From NCBI GenBank assembly GCA_040506895.1, contig JBEVVY010000001.1:3001967-3065966 (forward strand): a DNA stretch of 64,000 nt, read 5' to 3'. Positions within the stretch are counted from its first letter, which is position 1. Each line of letters opens with the position of its first letter. The notes under the pieces were generated by a model. The model made no database searches. It worked only from the letters and a program-made list of their open reading frames with translations, and was not told the DNA's origin. The DNA is from Sedimenticola sp. Lineage in GTDB: Bacteria > Pseudomonadota > Gammaproteobacteria > Chromatiales > Chromatiaceae. Shown piece after piece: positions 40,883 to 54,892 of the stretch. The position numbers were made by a program, and so were the translations under genes.

Positions 40883-41419
40883 ATGTCACGTATTGCAAAA
40901 GCTCCGATTACCGTCCCCTCTGGTGTTGATATCAACATCTCTGGCGAAGAAGTTACCGTAAAGGGTTCCAAGGGCAACATGCAGCTGTCGCTGCACGACA
41001 CTGTCCAGGTCTCCCAGGAAGATGGCGTGATCAACGTCACTCCGAAGGACGACAACGCCGGCGACCAGTGGGCCATGGCAGGTACCTTCCGTGCACTGAT
41101 CTATAACATGGTCACCGGTGTCAGCGCCGGCTTCGAGAAGAAGCTGCAGCTGATCGGCGTCGGTTACCGTGCACAGGCCAAGGGCAAGGTCCTCAACCTC
41201 AACCTCGGCTTCTCCCATCCGGTGGATTACGCGGTGCCCGAGGGTATCACTATTGAAACGCCTTCTCAGACCGAGATCGTTGTGTCCGGTTGCGACAAGC
41301 AGAAGGTCGGCCAGGTGGCTGCCGAGATCCGTGCTTACCGTCCGCCCGAGCCTTACAAGGGCAAGGGTGTTCGTTATGCAGACGAGCACGTGGTTCGTAA
41401 AGAAGCCAAGAAGAAGTAA
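40883..41419 (+). CDS. rplF: 50S ribosomal protein L6
   Basis: [31 protein letters not shown]. Confidence 0.98.
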   Translation: MSRIAKAPITVPSGVDINISGEEVTVKGSKGNMQLSLHDTVQVSQEDGVINVTPKDDNAGDQWAMAGTFRALIYNMVTGVSAGFEKKLQLIGVGYRAQAKGKVLNLNLGFSHPVDYAVPEGITIETPSQTEIVVSGCDKQKVGQVAAEIRAYRPPEPYKGKGVRYADEHVVRKEAKKK

Positions 41420-41432
41420 AGGGTAAGAGACG

Positions 41433-41789
41433 ATGGATAAGAAAACCTCACGTCTGCGCAGGGCACGCCGTGCCCGCGCAAAGATTCGGGAGCTGCGGGT
41501 ACATCGCCTGACCATCTTCCGTACCCCGAGGCACATGTACGCCCAGATCATCGCGCCTAACGGTTCCGATGTCGTGGCCAGTGCCTCCACCAGCGATAAA
41601 GCCGTCAAGGCTGAGATCGAGGGTGCAACCGGTAACGCTGCCGCTGCCGCTGCTGTCGGCAAGATGGTTGCGGAACGCGCCAAGGCTGCCGGTGTCGAAC
41701 GTGTAGCGTTCGATCGCGCTGGCTTCAAGTATCACGGCCGGGTCAAAGCGTTGGCTGACGCTGCCCGCGAAAACGGCCTTCAGTTCTAA
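41433..41789 (+). CDS. rplR: 50S ribosomal protein L18
   Basis: [40 protein letters not shown]. Confidence 0.98.
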   Translation: MDKKTSRLRRARRARAKIRELRVHRLTIFRTPRHMYAQIIAPNGSDVVASASTSDKAVKAEIEGATGNAAAAAAVGKMVAERAKAAGVERVAFDRAGFKYHGRVKALADAARENGLQF

Positions 41790-41792
41790 GGG

Positions 41793-42305
41793 GTGGCTAT
41801 GTCTAACTACAATGTGAACCCGGAAGGCGACGAGTTGATCGAAAAGCTCATCAACGTCAACCGTGTAGCCAAGGTGGTCAAGGGTGGCCGCATCTTCGGT
41901 TTTTCCGCTCTGACCGTTGTCGGTGACGGCGCTGGTCGAGTCGGTTTCGGAACCGGCAAGGCGCGTGAAGTGCCCGTTGCCATTCAGAAGGCGATGGAGA
42001 GCGCACGCCGCAACATGCGTGAAGCCAAGCTCAACAGCGGTACCCTGCAGTACCCGCTGGTTGGTCGTCACGGCGCTGCCAAGGTCTACATGCAGCCTGC
42101 ATCCGAAGGTACCGGTATCATCGCCGGTGGTGCGATGCGTGCGGTATGCGAGGCGGTTGGTGTGCAGAACGTTCTGGCCAAGTGCATCGGTACCAACAAC
42201 CCGATCAACGTGGTCCGCGCCACCATCAACGCGCTGACCGAGATGACTGATCCTGAGTCTGTTGCTGCCAAGCGCGGCAAGACCGTAGAAGAGATTCTGG
42301 GGTAA
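41793..42305 (+). CDS. rpsE: 30S ribosomal protein S5
   Basis: ...[39 protein letters not shown]. The start is the GTG at 41793 or the ATG at 41799, which has better spacing to the TAAGGGG Shine-Dalgarno. Confidence 0.96.
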   Translation: MAMSNYNVNPEGDELIEKLINVNRVAKVVKGGRIFGFSALTVVGDGAGRVGFGTGKAREVPVAIQKAMESARRNMREAKLNSGTLQYPLVGRHGAAKVYMQPASEGTGIIAGGAMRAVCEAVGVQNVLAKCIGTNNPINVVRATINALTEMTDPESVAAKRGKTVEEILG

Positions 42306-42308
42306 GCC

Positions 42309-42497
42309 ATGGCTGACAAGAAAATGATGAAGGTAACCCTGGTGCGTAGCACAAACGGCCGCCTCGAAAGCCACAAGGCTTGCGTGCGTGGGCTGGGACT
42401 GCGTCGCATGCACCAGACCGTTGAGGTCGAGGACACCCCTGCCACCCGTGGCATGGCTAACAAGGTGTCCTACATGGTAAAGGTTGAGGAAGCTTAA
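42309..42497 (+). CDS. rpmD: 50S ribosomal protein L30
   Basis: [38 protein letters not shown]. Confidence 0.97.
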   Translation: MADKKMMKVTLVRSTNGRLESHKACVRGLGLRRMHQTVEVEDTPATRGMANKVSYMVKVEEA

Positions 42498-42498
42498 G

Positions 42499-42933
42499 AT
42501 GCGTCTGAATACCATCAAGCCTGCAGAAGGCGCCAAGAAAGACGCCAAGCGCGTTGGTCGTGGAATCGGTAGTGGACTGGGCAAGACCTGTGGTCGTGGC
42601 CACAAGGGTCAGAAGTCCCGTTCCGGCGGTTTCCACAAGGTCGGATTCGAGGGCGGCCAGATGCCGCTGCAGCGTCGTCTGCCGAAGGTTGGTTTTACCT
42701 CCCGCAAGGCACGTCACACTGCCGAGATCCGTCTCGACGAGCTGGCGAAGATCGAAGCTGATGTTGTCGACCTGAAAGCACTTCAGGATGCGGACATCGT
42801 CTCCGGTTCGATCAAGCGTGCGAAAGTGATTCTCTCCGGCAAGATCGAAAAGGCAGTGACCGTAAAGGGTCTGGGTGTCACCAAGGGTGCACGCGCTGCC
42901 ATCGAAGCCGCTGGCGGAAAGATCGAGGACTAA
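42499..42933 (+). CDS. rplO: 50S ribosomal protein L15
   Basis: [44 protein letters not shown]. The ORF-track start at 42484 overlaps rpmD. Confidence 0.97.
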   Translation: MRLNTIKPAEGAKKDAKRVGRGIGSGLGKTCGRGHKGQKSRSGGFHKVGFEGGQMPLQRRLPKVGFTSRKARHTAEIRLDELAKIEADVVDLKALQDADIVSGSIKRAKVILSGKIEKAVTVKGLGVTKGARAAIEAAGGKIED

Positions 42934-42938
42934 TCTGA

Positions 42939-44288
42939 ATGGCTGGTCAGGGTGGAGCGTCCGGCGCACTTGCCGGAATGGGCAAGTTTACCGAGCTGCG
43001 TCAGCGTCTGCTGTTCGTGCTGGGTGCACTGCTGGTTTTCCGCATCGGAACCTTTATTCCGGTGCCCGGTGTCAACCCGCAGGCGGTAGCTGCTCTGTTT
43101 GATCAGCAGCAGGGCACCATCATCGACATGTTCAACATGTTCTCCGGTGGTGCATTGGAGCGTGCCAGCCTTTTCGCCCTCGGCATCATGCCCTACATCT
43201 CTGCGTCCATTATCATGCAGTTGATGTCGGCGGTGATTCCCAAGCTGGAACAGCTGAAGAAAGAGGGTGAGCAGGGGCGTCGCAAGATCACCCAGTACAC
43301 CCGCTATGGCACCGTGGTCCTGGCAACTTTCCAGGCTGTCGGTATATCCATTGCGCTGCAGACCCAGCAGGCTGGCGGAATGCCGGTAGTGGCCATGCAG
43401 GGTCCCGGCTTCGTCTTCACCGCAGCGGTGAGCCTGGTAACAGGTACCATGTTCCTGATGTGGCTGGGTGAGCAGATCACCGAGCGTGGACTGGGTAACG
43501 GTATCTCGCTGATCATTTTCGCGGGTATTGTCGCCGGATTGCCTTCGGCTATCGGTGGCACCCTCGAGCTGGTTCGTACCGGTGAGATGAATGCCATTAC
43601 GGTGCTGACCCTGTTTATCCTCGCTATCGCGGTTACCGCTTTCGTGGTTTTCGTCGAGCGGGGGCAGCGTCGCATAACCGTTAACTACGCCCAGCGTCAG
43701 CAGGGCAGGAAGATGTTCGCCGCCCAGAGCAGCCATCTTCCCCTGAAGCTGAACATGGCCGGTGTAATTCCGCCCATCTTTGCTTCGAGCATCATTCTGT
43801 TCCCATCAACATTGGGACAGTGGATAGGAACGCAGGAAAACATGCGTTGGCTGCAGGATATCGTCGGCAAGCTCTCTCCGGGCGAACCGGTCTACGTATT
43901 GCTGTATGCCATGGCGATCATCTTTTTCTGCTTCTTCTATACGGCCCTGGTCTTCAATTCGAATGACACGGCGGATAATCTCAAGCGCTCCGGCGCCTTT
44001 ATCCCCGGTTACAGACCAGGCGAGCAGACTGCGAAGTATATCGATGCCGTGATGTCGCGTTTGACCTTTGCGGGTGCGCTCTACATCACTGCGGTCTGCC
44101 TTTTGCCGGAATTTCTGATTGTCGGCTGGAACGTACCTTTCTACTTTGGTGGTACCTCCCTGCTGATTATCGTAGTGGTTGTCATGGACTTCATGGCGCA
44201 GGTGCAGGCACACCTCATGTCGCACCAGTATGAAGGTCTCATGAAGAAAGCGAATCTTAAGGGTGGTGGCGCAGGTCTGTTGCGCTGA
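42939..44288 (+). CDS. secY: Preprotein translocase subunit SecY
   Basis: 10-TM protein. ...[28 protein letters not shown]...; 449 aa. Confidence 0.98.
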   Translation: MAGQGGASGALAGMGKFTELRQRLLFVLGALLVFRIGTFIPVPGVNPQAVAALFDQQQGTIIDMFNMFSGGALERASLFALGIMPYISASIIMQLMSAVIPKLEQLKKEGEQGRRKITQYTRYGTVVLATFQAVGISIALQTQQAGGMPVVAMQGPGFVFTAAVSLVTGTMFLMWLGEQITERGLGNGISLIIFAGIVAGLPSAIGGTLELVRTGEMNAITVLTLFILAIAVTAFVVFVERGQRRITVNYAQRQQGRKMFAAQSSHLPLKLNMAGVIPPIFASSIILFPSTLGQWIGTQENMRWLQDIVGKLSPGEPVYVLLYAMAIIFFCFFYTALVFNSNDTADNLKRSGAFIPGYRPGEQTAKYIDAVMSRLTFAGALYITAVCLLPEFLIVGWNVPFYFGGTSLLIIVVVVMDFMAQVQAHLMSHQYEGLMKKANLKGGGAGLLR

Positions 44289-44327
44289 GCCTGAATACGA
44301 ATTCACTGATTTTTTGGAGATTGAGCC

Positions 44328-44441
44328 ATGAAAGTAAGGGCTTCCGTTAAAAAGATCTGCCGTAACTGCAAGATCATCCGTCGCAACGGTGTTGTACGCG
44401 TGATCTGCAAGGAACCCAGGCACAAGCAGCGCCAAGGCTGA
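44328..44441 (+). CDS. rpmJ: 50S ribosomal protein L36
   Basis: Not in the ORF track (<60 aa). ATG at 44328 after [45 protein letters not shown] at 44439. Confidence 0.95.
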   Translation: MKVRASVKKICRNCKIIRRNGVVRVICKEPRHKQRQG

Positions 44442-44540
44442 TAAGCGGTTTTGGTACTTGTATTGATTTGAATTTCCAGTTAAAGTTACGCGTTTTCCGC
44501 GCGTGACGTGGATGAGATTTATTTACCCAGGAGTAGCCAG

Positions 44541-44897
44541 ATGGCTCGTATTGCAGGCGTCAATATTCCGGATCGCAAACATACGGTTATTGCATTGACC
44601 TCTATTTATGGAGTCGGCCGTACCCGTGCAGCTGCAATCTGTGAAGCAGCCGGTATCGCCCAGGACAGCAAGATCATCGACCTGTCCGAGGCAGAAGTCG
44701 ATTCACTGCGTAATGAAGTTGCAAAGTTCACCGTTGAAGGTGACCTGCGCCGTGAGATCTCCATGAACATCAAGCGTCTCATGGATCTGGGCTGCAACCG
44801 TGGTATCCGTCATCGTCGTGGCCTGCCGGTCCGTGGTCAGCGTACCCAGACCAATGCGCGTACCCGCAAGGGACCGCGTCGCCCGATTAAGAGATAA
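44541..44897 (+). CDS. rpsM: 30S ribosomal protein S13
   Basis: [35 protein letters not shown] lies upstream. The ORF-track start at 44508 is an extension. Confidence 0.97.
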   Translation: MARIAGVNIPDRKHTVIALTSIYGVGRTRAAAICEAAGIAQDSKIIDLSEAEVDSLRNEVAKFTVEGDLRREISMNIKRLMDLGCNRGIRHRRGLPVRGQRTQTNARTRKGPRRPIKR

Positions 44898-44954
44898 ACA
44901 TCCACCCGGTCAGACCGAGTGGGATTTGAAAGACTAGTTCGTAGGAACAGGTAA

Positions 44955-45344
44955 ATGGCAAAACCAACCAGCCGTTCGCGGAAAAAGGTTAACAAGACTG
45001 TTACCGATGGCGTGGCTCATATCCATGCTTCGTTCAACAACACCATCATTACCATTTCTGATCGTCAGGGTAATGTGCTGTCCTGGGCTACCGCAGGTGG
45101 TTCCGGCTTCCGTGGCTCCCGTAAGAGCACCCCGTTTGCAGCCCAGGTGGCCGCAGACCGTGCCGGTGAGGCTGCCAAGGACTACGGTGTTAAAAACCTC
45201 GATGTCAACGTAAAGGGTCCTGGCCCGGGTCGTGAGTCCGCTGTTCGCGCACTCAACAACGCCGGCTTCAAGATCACCAGCATCGTTGATGTCACCCCCA
45301 TTCCGCACAACGGCTGCCGCCCGCCCAAAAAGCGTCGCGTTTGA
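44955..45344 (+). CDS. rpsK: 30S ribosomal protein S11
   Basis: ...[47 protein letters not shown]. Confidence 0.98.
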   Translation: MAKPTSRSRKKVNKTVTDGVAHIHASFNNTIITISDRQGNVLSWATAGGSGFRGSRKSTPFAAQVAADRAGEAAKDYGVKNLDVNVKGPGPGRESAVRALNNAGFKITSIVDVTPIPHNGCRPPKKRRV

Positions 45345-45362
45345 TCTGGAGTTTTATACGTC

Positions 45363-45983
45363 ATGGCAAGGTATATTGGACCAAAATGTAAGCTCAGCCG
45401 TCGCGAGGGAACCGACCTGTTCCTAAAGAGCCGCGTACGTTCGCTGGACTCCAAGTGCAACATGGAGAAGCAGCCCGGTCAGACCACTGATCGCCGCCGC
45501 CGTCTCTCCGATTACGGCCTGCAGTTGCGCGAAAAGCAGAAGATGCGTCGCATGTATGGCGTTATGGAGAGGCAGTTCCGTAACTACTACGCAACAGCCG
45601 CCCAGGCCAAGGGAGCCACCGGTGAGAACCTGTTCCACCTGCTCGAGCAGCGCCTGGACAACGTGGTTTACCGCATGGGCTTCGGCAGCACCCGCTCCGA
45701 GGCACGCCAGCTGGTCAGCCACAAGGCGATTATGGTGAATGGTACTCTCGTAAACGTTCCCTCTTACCAGGTTCAGCCGGAAGACGTGATCGAAATTCGC
45801 GAGAAGGCGAAGAAACAGGTCCGTATCCAGAGCGCACTGGCACTTGCCGAGCAGTACGGTTTTGCCGAGTGGATCGAAGTCGACACCAAGGGCATGAAGG
45901 GTACCTTCAAGCGTCTGCCTGACCGTACCGAGCTGCCCGCTGAGATCAGCGAACAGCTGGTCGTCGAACTGTACTCCAAGTAA
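45363..45983 (+). CDS. rpsD: 30S ribosomal protein S4
   Basis: [23 protein letters not shown]. Confidence 0.98.
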   Translation: MARYIGPKCKLSRREGTDLFLKSRVRSLDSKCNMEKQPGQTTDRRRRLSDYGLQLREKQKMRRMYGVMERQFRNYYATAAQAKGATGENLFHLLEQRLDNVVYRMGFGSTRSEARQLVSHKAIMVNGTLVNVPSYQVQPEDVIEIREKAKKQVRIQSALALAEQYGFAEWIEVDTKGMKGTFKRLPDRTELPAEISEQLVVELYSK

Positions 45984-46005
45984 GGGATAGCATGAGAGGT
46001 CTTCG

Positions 46006-46989
46006 ATGCCCGAATTTGTTACCGATTTTCTGAAGCCACGACTGGTCAATGTCCAGGCCATCAACGAACGCCACGCAAAGGTCTCCCTGGAGCCCATGGA
46101 GCGTGGTTTCGGTCATACCCTGGGCAACGCGCTGCGTCGCATCCTGCTCTCGTCCATGCCGGGTTGTGCAGTGGTCGAGGCTGAGATCGAAGGCGTCCTG
46201 CATGAATACACCACCATCGAGGGTGTTCAGGAAGACGTGCTTGAGATTCTGCTCAACCTCAAGGACCTGGCCGTGATCATGCACGCCAAGGACGAGGCAA
46301 CCCTGACCCTTCAGAAGAAGGGCCCCGGTGCCGTCCTTGCCAGCGATATCACCCTGGACCACGATGTTGAGATCGCCAATCCGGATCATGTGATTGCCAA
46401 CCTGACCAAGGAAGGCGAGATCAACATGACCCTGAAGGTTGCCCGCGGCATCGGCTACCAGCCTGCTGCCGTACGCCAGGCCGCTGCCGGCGAGGACCGT
46501 CCCATCGGTCGTCTTCAGCTGGACGCCACCTTCTCCCCGGTACGTCGCGTTGCATACGCTGTGGAAGCAGCCCGTGTTGAACAGCGCACCGACCTTGATC
46601 GCCTGGTCATCGATATCGAAACCAACGGCACCATCGATCCGGAAGAGGCCATCCGCAACTCGGCCACCATTCTTCAGGATCAGCTGTCAGCTTTCGTGAA
46701 ACTCGATGAGACTGCCGCACCTGCCCCGGCCGAGCCGGAAGCACCCGCGGTCGATCCGATCCTGCTTCGCCCGGTGGATGATCTCGAACTGACGGTTCGT
46801 TCCGCGAACTGCCTCAAGGCCGAGAACATCTTCCTCATCGGTGACCTGATCCAGCGCACCGAAGTTGAACTGCTGAAGACACCCAACCTCGGTAAGAAGT
46901 CTCTCACCGAGATCAAGGATGTCCTGGCAACCCGTGGTCTCTCTCTTGGCATGCGCCTCGAGAACTGGCCGCCCGAAGGCGTCGAGTAA
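46006..46989 (+). CDS. rpoA: DNA-directed RNA polymerase subunit alpha
   Basis: ...[38 protein letters not shown]; C-terminal domain [15 protein letters not shown]. Confidence 0.98.
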   Translation: MPEFVTDFLKPRLVNVQAINERHAKVSLEPMERGFGHTLGNALRRILLSSMPGCAVVEAEIEGVLHEYTTIEGVQEDVLEILLNLKDLAVIMHAKDEATLTLQKKGPGAVLASDITLDHDVEIANPDHVIANLTKEGEINMTLKVARGIGYQPAAVRQAAAGEDRPIGRLQLDATFSPVRRVAYAVEAARVEQRTDLDRLVIDIETNGTIDPEEAIRNSATILQDQLSAFVKLDETAAPAPAEPEAPAVDPILLRPVDDLELTVRSANCLKAENIFLIGDLIQRTEVELLKTPNLGKKSLTEIKDVLATRGLSLGMRLENWPPEGVE

Positions 46990-47064
46990 TTCGCCGGCCG
47001 TCTGACGACCGGTTGTATAGAAACCGTTTTTTAGTATTAACTTAAGTATTAGGGAAGTCGATCC

Positions 47065-47466
47065 ATGCGTCATCGCAAATCCGGACGGCAACTGAATCGT
47101 AACAGTGCCCACAGAAAGGCAATGTTTCGCAACATGACCTGCTCACTGTTGCGTCACGAGCTGATTAAAACCACCTTGCCCAAGGCAAAAGAGCTGCGCA
47201 CCGTAGCTGAGCCTATCATCACCATGGGCAAGACCGACAGCGTTGCGAAACGCCGTCTTGCTTTCGATCGCCTGCGCGATAAGGAAGCTGTCGGCAAGCT
47301 GTTCGGTGAAATTGGTCCCCGCTACCAGGATCGCCCCGGTGGTTACATCCGCATTCTCAAGTGCGGCCACCGCGCAGGTGACAAGGCGCCCATGGCCTAC
47401 GTGGAACTGGTCGATCGTCCAGAACCCGTGGAAGACATGGAAGAGGCTGCTGTAGAAGCCGAATAA
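47065..47466 (+). CDS. rplQ: 50S ribosomal protein L17
   Basis: [24 protein letters not shown]. Confidence 0.98.
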   Translation: MRHRKSGRQLNRNSAHRKAMFRNMTCSLLRHELIKTTLPKAKELRTVAEPIITMGKTDSVAKRRLAFDRLRDKEAVGKLFGEIGPRYQDRPGGYIRILKCGHRAGDKAPMAYVELVDRPEPVEDMEEAAVEAE

Positions 47467-47490
47467 AGCTGTGCTGTGTAACAGCTGAAG

Positions 47491-47520
47491 AGACCGGGCA
47501 TCTGCCCGGTCTTTTCGTTT
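47491..47520 (+). terminator. Rho-independent terminator ending the alpha operon
   Basis: agaccgggca..tgcccggtct inverted repeat followed by TTTcgTTT. Confidence 0.85.
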
Positions 47521-47538
47521 CTGTGCTTTAATTCCTGA

Positions 47539-48285
47539 ATGGCGAGCTATCCATTCACACCCCGACGCATCGCGCTGTTCACGGATTTTGGCCACCAGGG
47601 TCCCTACCTGGGCCAGATGAAGGCGGTACTCGAAGAGGCCGCTGTGCCGGTCATCGACCTGCAGTCGGACGCACCAGCTTTCAATGCAAGGGCCTCGGCC
47701 TACCTTCTTGCCGCCATAAGGCGCGACATGCCGAGGGGCACCCTCTACCTGTCGGTAGTCGATCCCGGTGTTGGTGGCGATAGAGCGCCACTCATCGTCT
47801 GGACAAGCGGTGACTGCTTCGTAGGACCCGACAACGGCCTGTTCTCCCAGGTTATCGATCCCGATGATGTCCTTGCTGATGCCATAATCTGGCAACCTGG
47901 TGGTCTTTCAGACAGCTTCCATGGGCGTGATCTTTTTGCCCCGGTCGCCTCCAGGCTCTGCAGGGGCGAAGAGGTGGCGTGTCGTCAACTGGCCCTGAAT
48001 GAGCTGGCAGGTAACGACTGGCCAGGTGTATTGCCAGAGATTATCTACGTGGATCATTACGGAAACCTGGTGACCGGTTTAAAGGCGGGTGGTCTGGAGA
48101 AAAGCCGGGCGCTTTCTGTCTCTGATCTTCGAATCACCTACGCGCGAACCTTCTGCGAGGCAAAGCCTGGCGAACTGTTCTGGTATGGAAACTCCTTTGG
48201 CATGGTCGAAATTGCTGCCAACCAGGCCAGGGCTGACAGGCTGCTCCGTGTCGATGTCGGGTCACCTGTAGCTGTTATCGATTGA
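47539..48285 (+). CDS. DUF62-family S-adenosyl-L-methionine hydroxide adenosyltransferase (SAM hydrolase; fluorinase/chlorinase superfamily)
   Basis: IALFTDFGHQGPYLGQMKAV..., SVVDPGVGGDR..., FVGPDNGL..., FHGRDLFAPVA motifs typical of the family. Confidence 0.8.
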   Translation: MASYPFTPRRIALFTDFGHQGPYLGQMKAVLEEAAVPVIDLQSDAPAFNARASAYLLAAIRRDMPRGTLYLSVVDPGVGGDRAPLIVWTSGDCFVGPDNGLFSQVIDPDDVLADAIIWQPGGLSDSFHGRDLFAPVASRLCRGEEVACRQLALNELAGNDWPGVLPEIIYVDHYGNLVTGLKAGGLEKSRALSVSDLRITYARTFCEAKPGELFWYGNSFGMVEIAANQARADRLLRVDVGSPVAVID

Positions 48286-48362
48286 ATCGAATGCTTGAGC
48301 ATGGTCCACTGGCAAGTGACTGTTGAAGCTTGATTTTGATGCCCTGTCTGAGGAGACCGCTT

Positions 48363-49121
48363 ATGCGGGTGGTTGCCGGTATTTTATTGTTAACTCTTCT
48401 TTCCCCTCACGCCATGGCATGCCAGCAGCCTGGTGACCCCGGATGCATCTCCGTGGAAATCAACCACGATGATGGCGACAGGCTTGATAAGCGGTACATT
48501 CGCAACCTGCTCGATGCATTGGCCCGAGAAGGGTGTCATGGATTGCCGTATAGCGCCGATTCAACTGCTCCTGCGCAACTTGTGTTTGATCCCGCCCCGG
48601 TATCCGAGGCCAGGTCCTTGCGGCCGGCTTATCGCCTGATTGCCCGGGCCAGGGGCCTGGACGGCGAGGTCACAGTGAGGGGGGCGATACTTGTTCACGC
48701 CTCGACAGGTATCAATGATCTTGCATCGCTGAAAGGGGAGTGGATCTCTTTTGTCAGCAAAAGATCATGGCCCGGGTATCGTCTGCCGATAGCGCTGTTG
48801 GAAAAGGCAGGTATCGATGAAAGCAGCAACAATTTCTATTTTGTCGGTAACCATGTGGGTGCCGTGAGTGCACTGCTGCACAGGGATGTTCATGTGGCCG
48901 TGATGGCGGAACCCCTGGCGAGGCGTTGGGCAGAGCAGAACGGTTTGTCCATCGTCGCGGTCACTGACGAGGTGGAGGCCGGGGGATGGTGGCTGCATCG
49001 GGATGTCGCCGAGGGGCTTGCCAATAACTGCATCCAGGCATTGACCGGGATCGGTCGCTCTCGCTACAAGGCGCTGCCTGCCTGGATAGGGTCGTTTGTG
49101 ACGCCTTCGACTGAGAGATAG
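48363..49121 (+). CDS. PhnD-like (phosphonate/phosphite-type) periplasmic substrate-binding protein, orphan
   Basis: Signal/lipobox-like MRVVAGILLLTLLSPHAMAC. The core (GAILVHASTGINDLASLKG...SWPGYRLP...FVGNHVGAVSALLHRDVHVAV) resembles the PhnD family. No permease or ATPase gene is adjacent. The ORF-track start at 48330 is an upstream TTG. Confidence 0.65.
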   Translation: MRVVAGILLLTLLSPHAMACQQPGDPGCISVEINHDDGDRLDKRYIRNLLDALAREGCHGLPYSADSTAPAQLVFDPAPVSEARSLRPAYRLIARARGLDGEVTVRGAILVHASTGINDLASLKGEWISFVSKRSWPGYRLPIALLEKAGIDESSNNFYFVGNHVGAVSALLHRDVHVAVMAEPLARRWAEQNGLSIVAVTDEVEAGGWWLHRDVAEGLANNCIQALTGIGRSRYKALPAWIGSFVTPSTER

Positions 49122-49177
49122 GTAACCGCCTGGTGGTGATGCCGTGCCAGGGGATCGGTCCTGCCGGGTATCCCTGC

Positions 49178-52012
<2,835 letters not shown>

Positions 52013-52083
52013 CGGCTTACCAGCTACTAAGCGAACCTGATACTATACGCCGTCTTCTATTTTCGGGCCAAACTCAGTTTCGG

Positions 52084-53487
52084 ATGAAATCAGACAAGAA
52101 GAATAAGCAGGGTGGCATGTCACCCGTCGAGTCCAGGGCGGCATTCTCCCTGGCGGGCATCTTTTCCCTGCGCATGCTGGGGCTTTTCATGATCCTGCCT
52201 GTGTTTGCTCTCTATGCTGAACAGCTGCAGGGGGTGACCCCGGTGCTGGTGGGTGTGGCGATCGGCGTCTACGGCCTCACCCAGGCTATTCTGCAGATCC
52301 CCTTCGGCATGCTCTCGGACCGCATCGGACGCAAGCCGGTGATCATCGGCGGCCTGCTGATCTTCGCCCTGGGCAGTGTCGTGGCGGCCATGGCCGACAG
52401 TATCTGGGGGGTTATCTTCGGTCGTGCCCTGCAGGGCAGTGGCGCCATAGCGGCAGCGGTGATGGCCCTGGCCGCCGACCTGACCCGTGAGCAGAACCGG
52501 CTCCGCGTGATGGCGGTGATCGGCATGAGCATCGGTTTCGCCTTCGCACTCTCCCTGGTCATGGGTCCCATACTGAACGCGGTGATCGGCGTGCCCGGTA
52601 TCTTCTGGCTCACCTCCGTGCTGGCCCTGGCAGGCATCTTCATCGTGGTGAAACTGGTGCCCGATCCATCCGAGAGCCACTTTCACCGGGATACCGAACC
52701 GGTGCCGGGCATGTTCGGCCAGGTGTTGCGTAATACCAACCTGCTGCGCCTCGATATCGGGATCTTCATACTGCACATGATCCTCACCGCCACCTTTATC
52801 GCCATGCCCCTGGCCCTGCGGGATGCGGCCGGCCTGGCCGGGGAGAGCCACTGGATGGTCTACCTGCCCGTGCTGCTGCTCGCCATGGTGCTGATGGTTC
52901 CCTTCGTGGTCATTGCCGAGAAGCGCCGCAAGATGAAGGGTGTGTTTCTGGGCAGTGTTGCCGCCATCGTCCTGGCGCAGCTCGGTTTTGCCGGTCTGCA
53001 CCAGTCGGTGTTCGGCATCGGTATTGCGCTGCTGCTCTACTTCACTGCATTCAATGTGCTGGAGGCGACCCTGCCGTCCCTCATCGCCAAGATGGCGCCG
53101 GCGGAGAGCAAGGGTACCGCCATGGGGGTCTACTCCACGTCCCAGTTCATCGGTGCCTTCCTCGGCGGTCTCATCGGTGGCTGGGTCTATACCCATTTCC
53201 AGCTGCAGGGGGTTTTCCTGTTCGGGGCGGCGGCGACGCTGGTCTGGCTACTGGTGGCCGCGGGCATGAAGAAGCCGGACTATTTCAGCTCCTACCTGGT
53301 GAAGGTGGGTGAAATGGACGAGGCCCAGGCCTGGGAACTGCAGGCTGAACTGCAGGCCATGGAAGGGGTAGGGGACGTGTCGGTGGTCGGGCACGAGGGC
53401 ATGGCCTACATGAAGGTCGATCCCCAGGTGGTGGACTATGAAGCGCTGGAGAAATTTTCAGTCGACGGGCAGTCTGCGGTAGACTAG
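52084..53487 (+). CDS. MFS transporter, YajR-like, with extra C-terminal ferredoxin-fold (YAM-like) domain
   Basis: 12-TM MFS core with motif A (GMLSDRIGRKP) plus a ~75-aa soluble tail (SYLVKVGEMDEAQAWELQAELQAMEGVGDVSVV...). Sits between uvrA and ssb, as in Pseudomonas. Confidence 0.85.
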   Translation: MKSDKKNKQGGMSPVESRAAFSLAGIFSLRMLGLFMILPVFALYAEQLQGVTPVLVGVAIGVYGLTQAILQIPFGMLSDRIGRKPVIIGGLLIFALGSVVAAMADSIWGVIFGRALQGSGAIAAAVMALAADLTREQNRLRVMAVIGMSIGFAFALSLVMGPILNAVIGVPGIFWLTSVLALAGIFIVVKLVPDPSESHFHRDTEPVPGMFGQVLRNTNLLRLDIGIFILHMILTATFIAMPLALRDAAGLAGESHWMVYLPVLLLAMVLMVPFVVIAEKRRKMKGVFLGSVAAIVLAQLGFAGLHQSVFGIGIALLLYFTAFNVLEATLPSLIAKMAPAESKGTAMGVYSTSQFIGAFLGGLIGGWVYTHFQLQGVFLFGAAATLVWLLVAAGMKKPDYFSSYLVKVGEMDEAQAWELQAELQAMEGVGDVSVVGHEGMAYMKVDPQVVDYEALEKFSVDGQSAVD

Positions 53488-53543
53488 GATGGTTTTTTTG
53501 CATAAACCCGCGTACAGACAGAGACGGGATCTGAGGAGGTAAT

Positions 53544-53999
53544 ATGGCCAGTAGAGGCGTCAACAAAGTAATTCTGATAGGCAACCTGGGTGCAGATCCC
53601 GAAACCCGTTATATGCCCAGCGGCGGTGCGGTCACCAATGTCCGTCTCGCCACCTCCGAGACCTGGAAGGACAAGAACACCGGTGAGACCCAGGAGCGCA
53701 CCGAGTGGCACCGCGTGGTCTTCTTCAACCGCCTTGGGGAGATCGCCGGAGAGTACCTGAAAAAGGGCTCCAAGATCTTTGTCGAGGGCAGCATCCGTAC
53801 CCGCAAGTGGCAGGGTCAGGACGGTCAGGACCGCTACACCACCGAGATCGTGGGCAACGAGATGCAGATGCTGGACAGCCGGGGTGCCGGCAGCGCCGCA
53901 TTCGACTCGGGTGCCTCCCAGGGTGCACCGGCCTCCGCCCCATCAGCGCCGTCCCCCTCCATGCCCGATGACGGGTTCGATGACGATATTCCGTTCTAA
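53544..53999 (+). CDS. ssb: Single-stranded DNA-binding protein
   Basis: [41 protein letters not shown]...; acidic tip DDDIPF. Confidence 0.98.
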   Translation: MASRGVNKVILIGNLGADPETRYMPSGGAVTNVRLATSETWKDKNTGETQERTEWHRVVFFNRLGEIAGEYLKKGSKIFVEGSIRTRKWQGQDGQDRYTTEIVGNEMQMLDSRGAGSAAFDSGASQGAPASAPSAPSPSMPDDGFDDDIPF

Positions 54000-54049
54000 T
54001 GGATACAATAATTAAATAGTTGGAATTACTTCCAGCCAAACATGCGCAG

Positions 54050-54080
54050 AGCCCCGTTTTTACGGGGCTTTTTGTTTTTT
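54050..54080 (+). terminator. Rho-independent terminator after ssb
   Basis: agccccg-ttttta-cggggct followed by TTTTTgTTTTTT. Confidence 0.85.
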
Positions 54081-54153
54081 AGCATGCAAAAAATATTTGA
54101 TTTTCATTTTTCGGTATTGGGATAATATAAATAGTTGGATTTATTGGTGGCTT

Positions 54154-54810
54154 ATGACACTTAAGCGAAGCAATGCGATTTTTTCGGATGGAGAGCGTTT
54201 TGTAACTCTTGTGGACGAGAAGGGTATACCTGATTTTTGGGTGCACTTATTTCTGACTACGAAACACAGGTCAAAAGCCTCCTCCACTAATAAGGGTTAT
54301 GTGGGGCATCTGGTGCACTTCAAGCTATGGGATGACGCCCAACCTGAGCCATTTCTAGAAAAGGTTTTGCGTTTGTGTGATGAAGCAGAGGAAAACGCGA
54401 AGGGATGGCTTGGTTTTGTGCCACCTGCGGAATTTCTAAGTCATGCTGAGGTGGTGGCCATTTATGCGCACTGTAGCTTTACCACGTTAGCTGTTCGTCG
54501 ACGTTTGAAGCGTAAGAAACGAAAGAGCTCAAATATTATGCAGCTCCAAGCTGCAATGCCTACAGTTGCTGTGCCTGATCCCACCGTTTCATCCAAGCAG
54601 CATAAAAGTCGCATGAGGACAGTTAAGAGCTTCGTGAGATTTGTACTCGAAAGTGCCCTGCGGACTAGAAAGCATTATGCAGATTACCTAACGTTAATCG
54701 ATAACGCAGATGAGATGCTTTCTAAGCAGTTGAAGGAGATAGAGGAAGGCAATGGGGGAAGTGGGGACCCCGATTTAAAGGCCCCTCTGTTGAATTGCAC
54801 CCAAAACTGA
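54154..54810 (+). pseudogene. 5' fragment of a tyrosine-recombinase (phage integrase)-like gene, truncated by the IS21 insertion at 54788
   Basis: MTLKRSNAIFSDGERFVTLVDEKGIPDFWVHLFLTTKHR...STNKGYVGHLVHFKLW... resembles integrase N-terminal/core-binding regions. No catalytic R..HxxR..Y domain follows. The last ~8 codons and the stop are IS-derived. Low GC. Confidence 0.5.
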
Positions 54811-54848
54811 CCCACCTATCCCCATAATTTGCATCGAATTTTGACCCA
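54788..54848. repeat. IS21 left terminal repeats (L1 54788-54814, L2 54828-54848)
   Basis: See the alignment to the right end given for the IS21 element. The multiple-repeat ends are typical of the IS21 family. Confidence 0.85.
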
Positions 54849-54892
54849 CGTACAACTCTACCTGCATCAAGGCTTTGCAGGAGTAAACAGGA

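Noticed and set aside
41448-42605. 385-aa minus-strand ORF spanning rplR-rpsE-rpmD-rplO
   Set aside because: It crosses four certain ribosomal protein genes on the other strand, so coding is implausible.
52035-52050. Possible LexA (SOS) box CTGatactatacgCCG in the uvrA / MFS divergent promoter
   Set aside because: It matches CTGT-N8-ACAG only as CTGA...GCCG, with three mismatches in the conserved arms. That is too weak to call without a genome-specific LexA motif.
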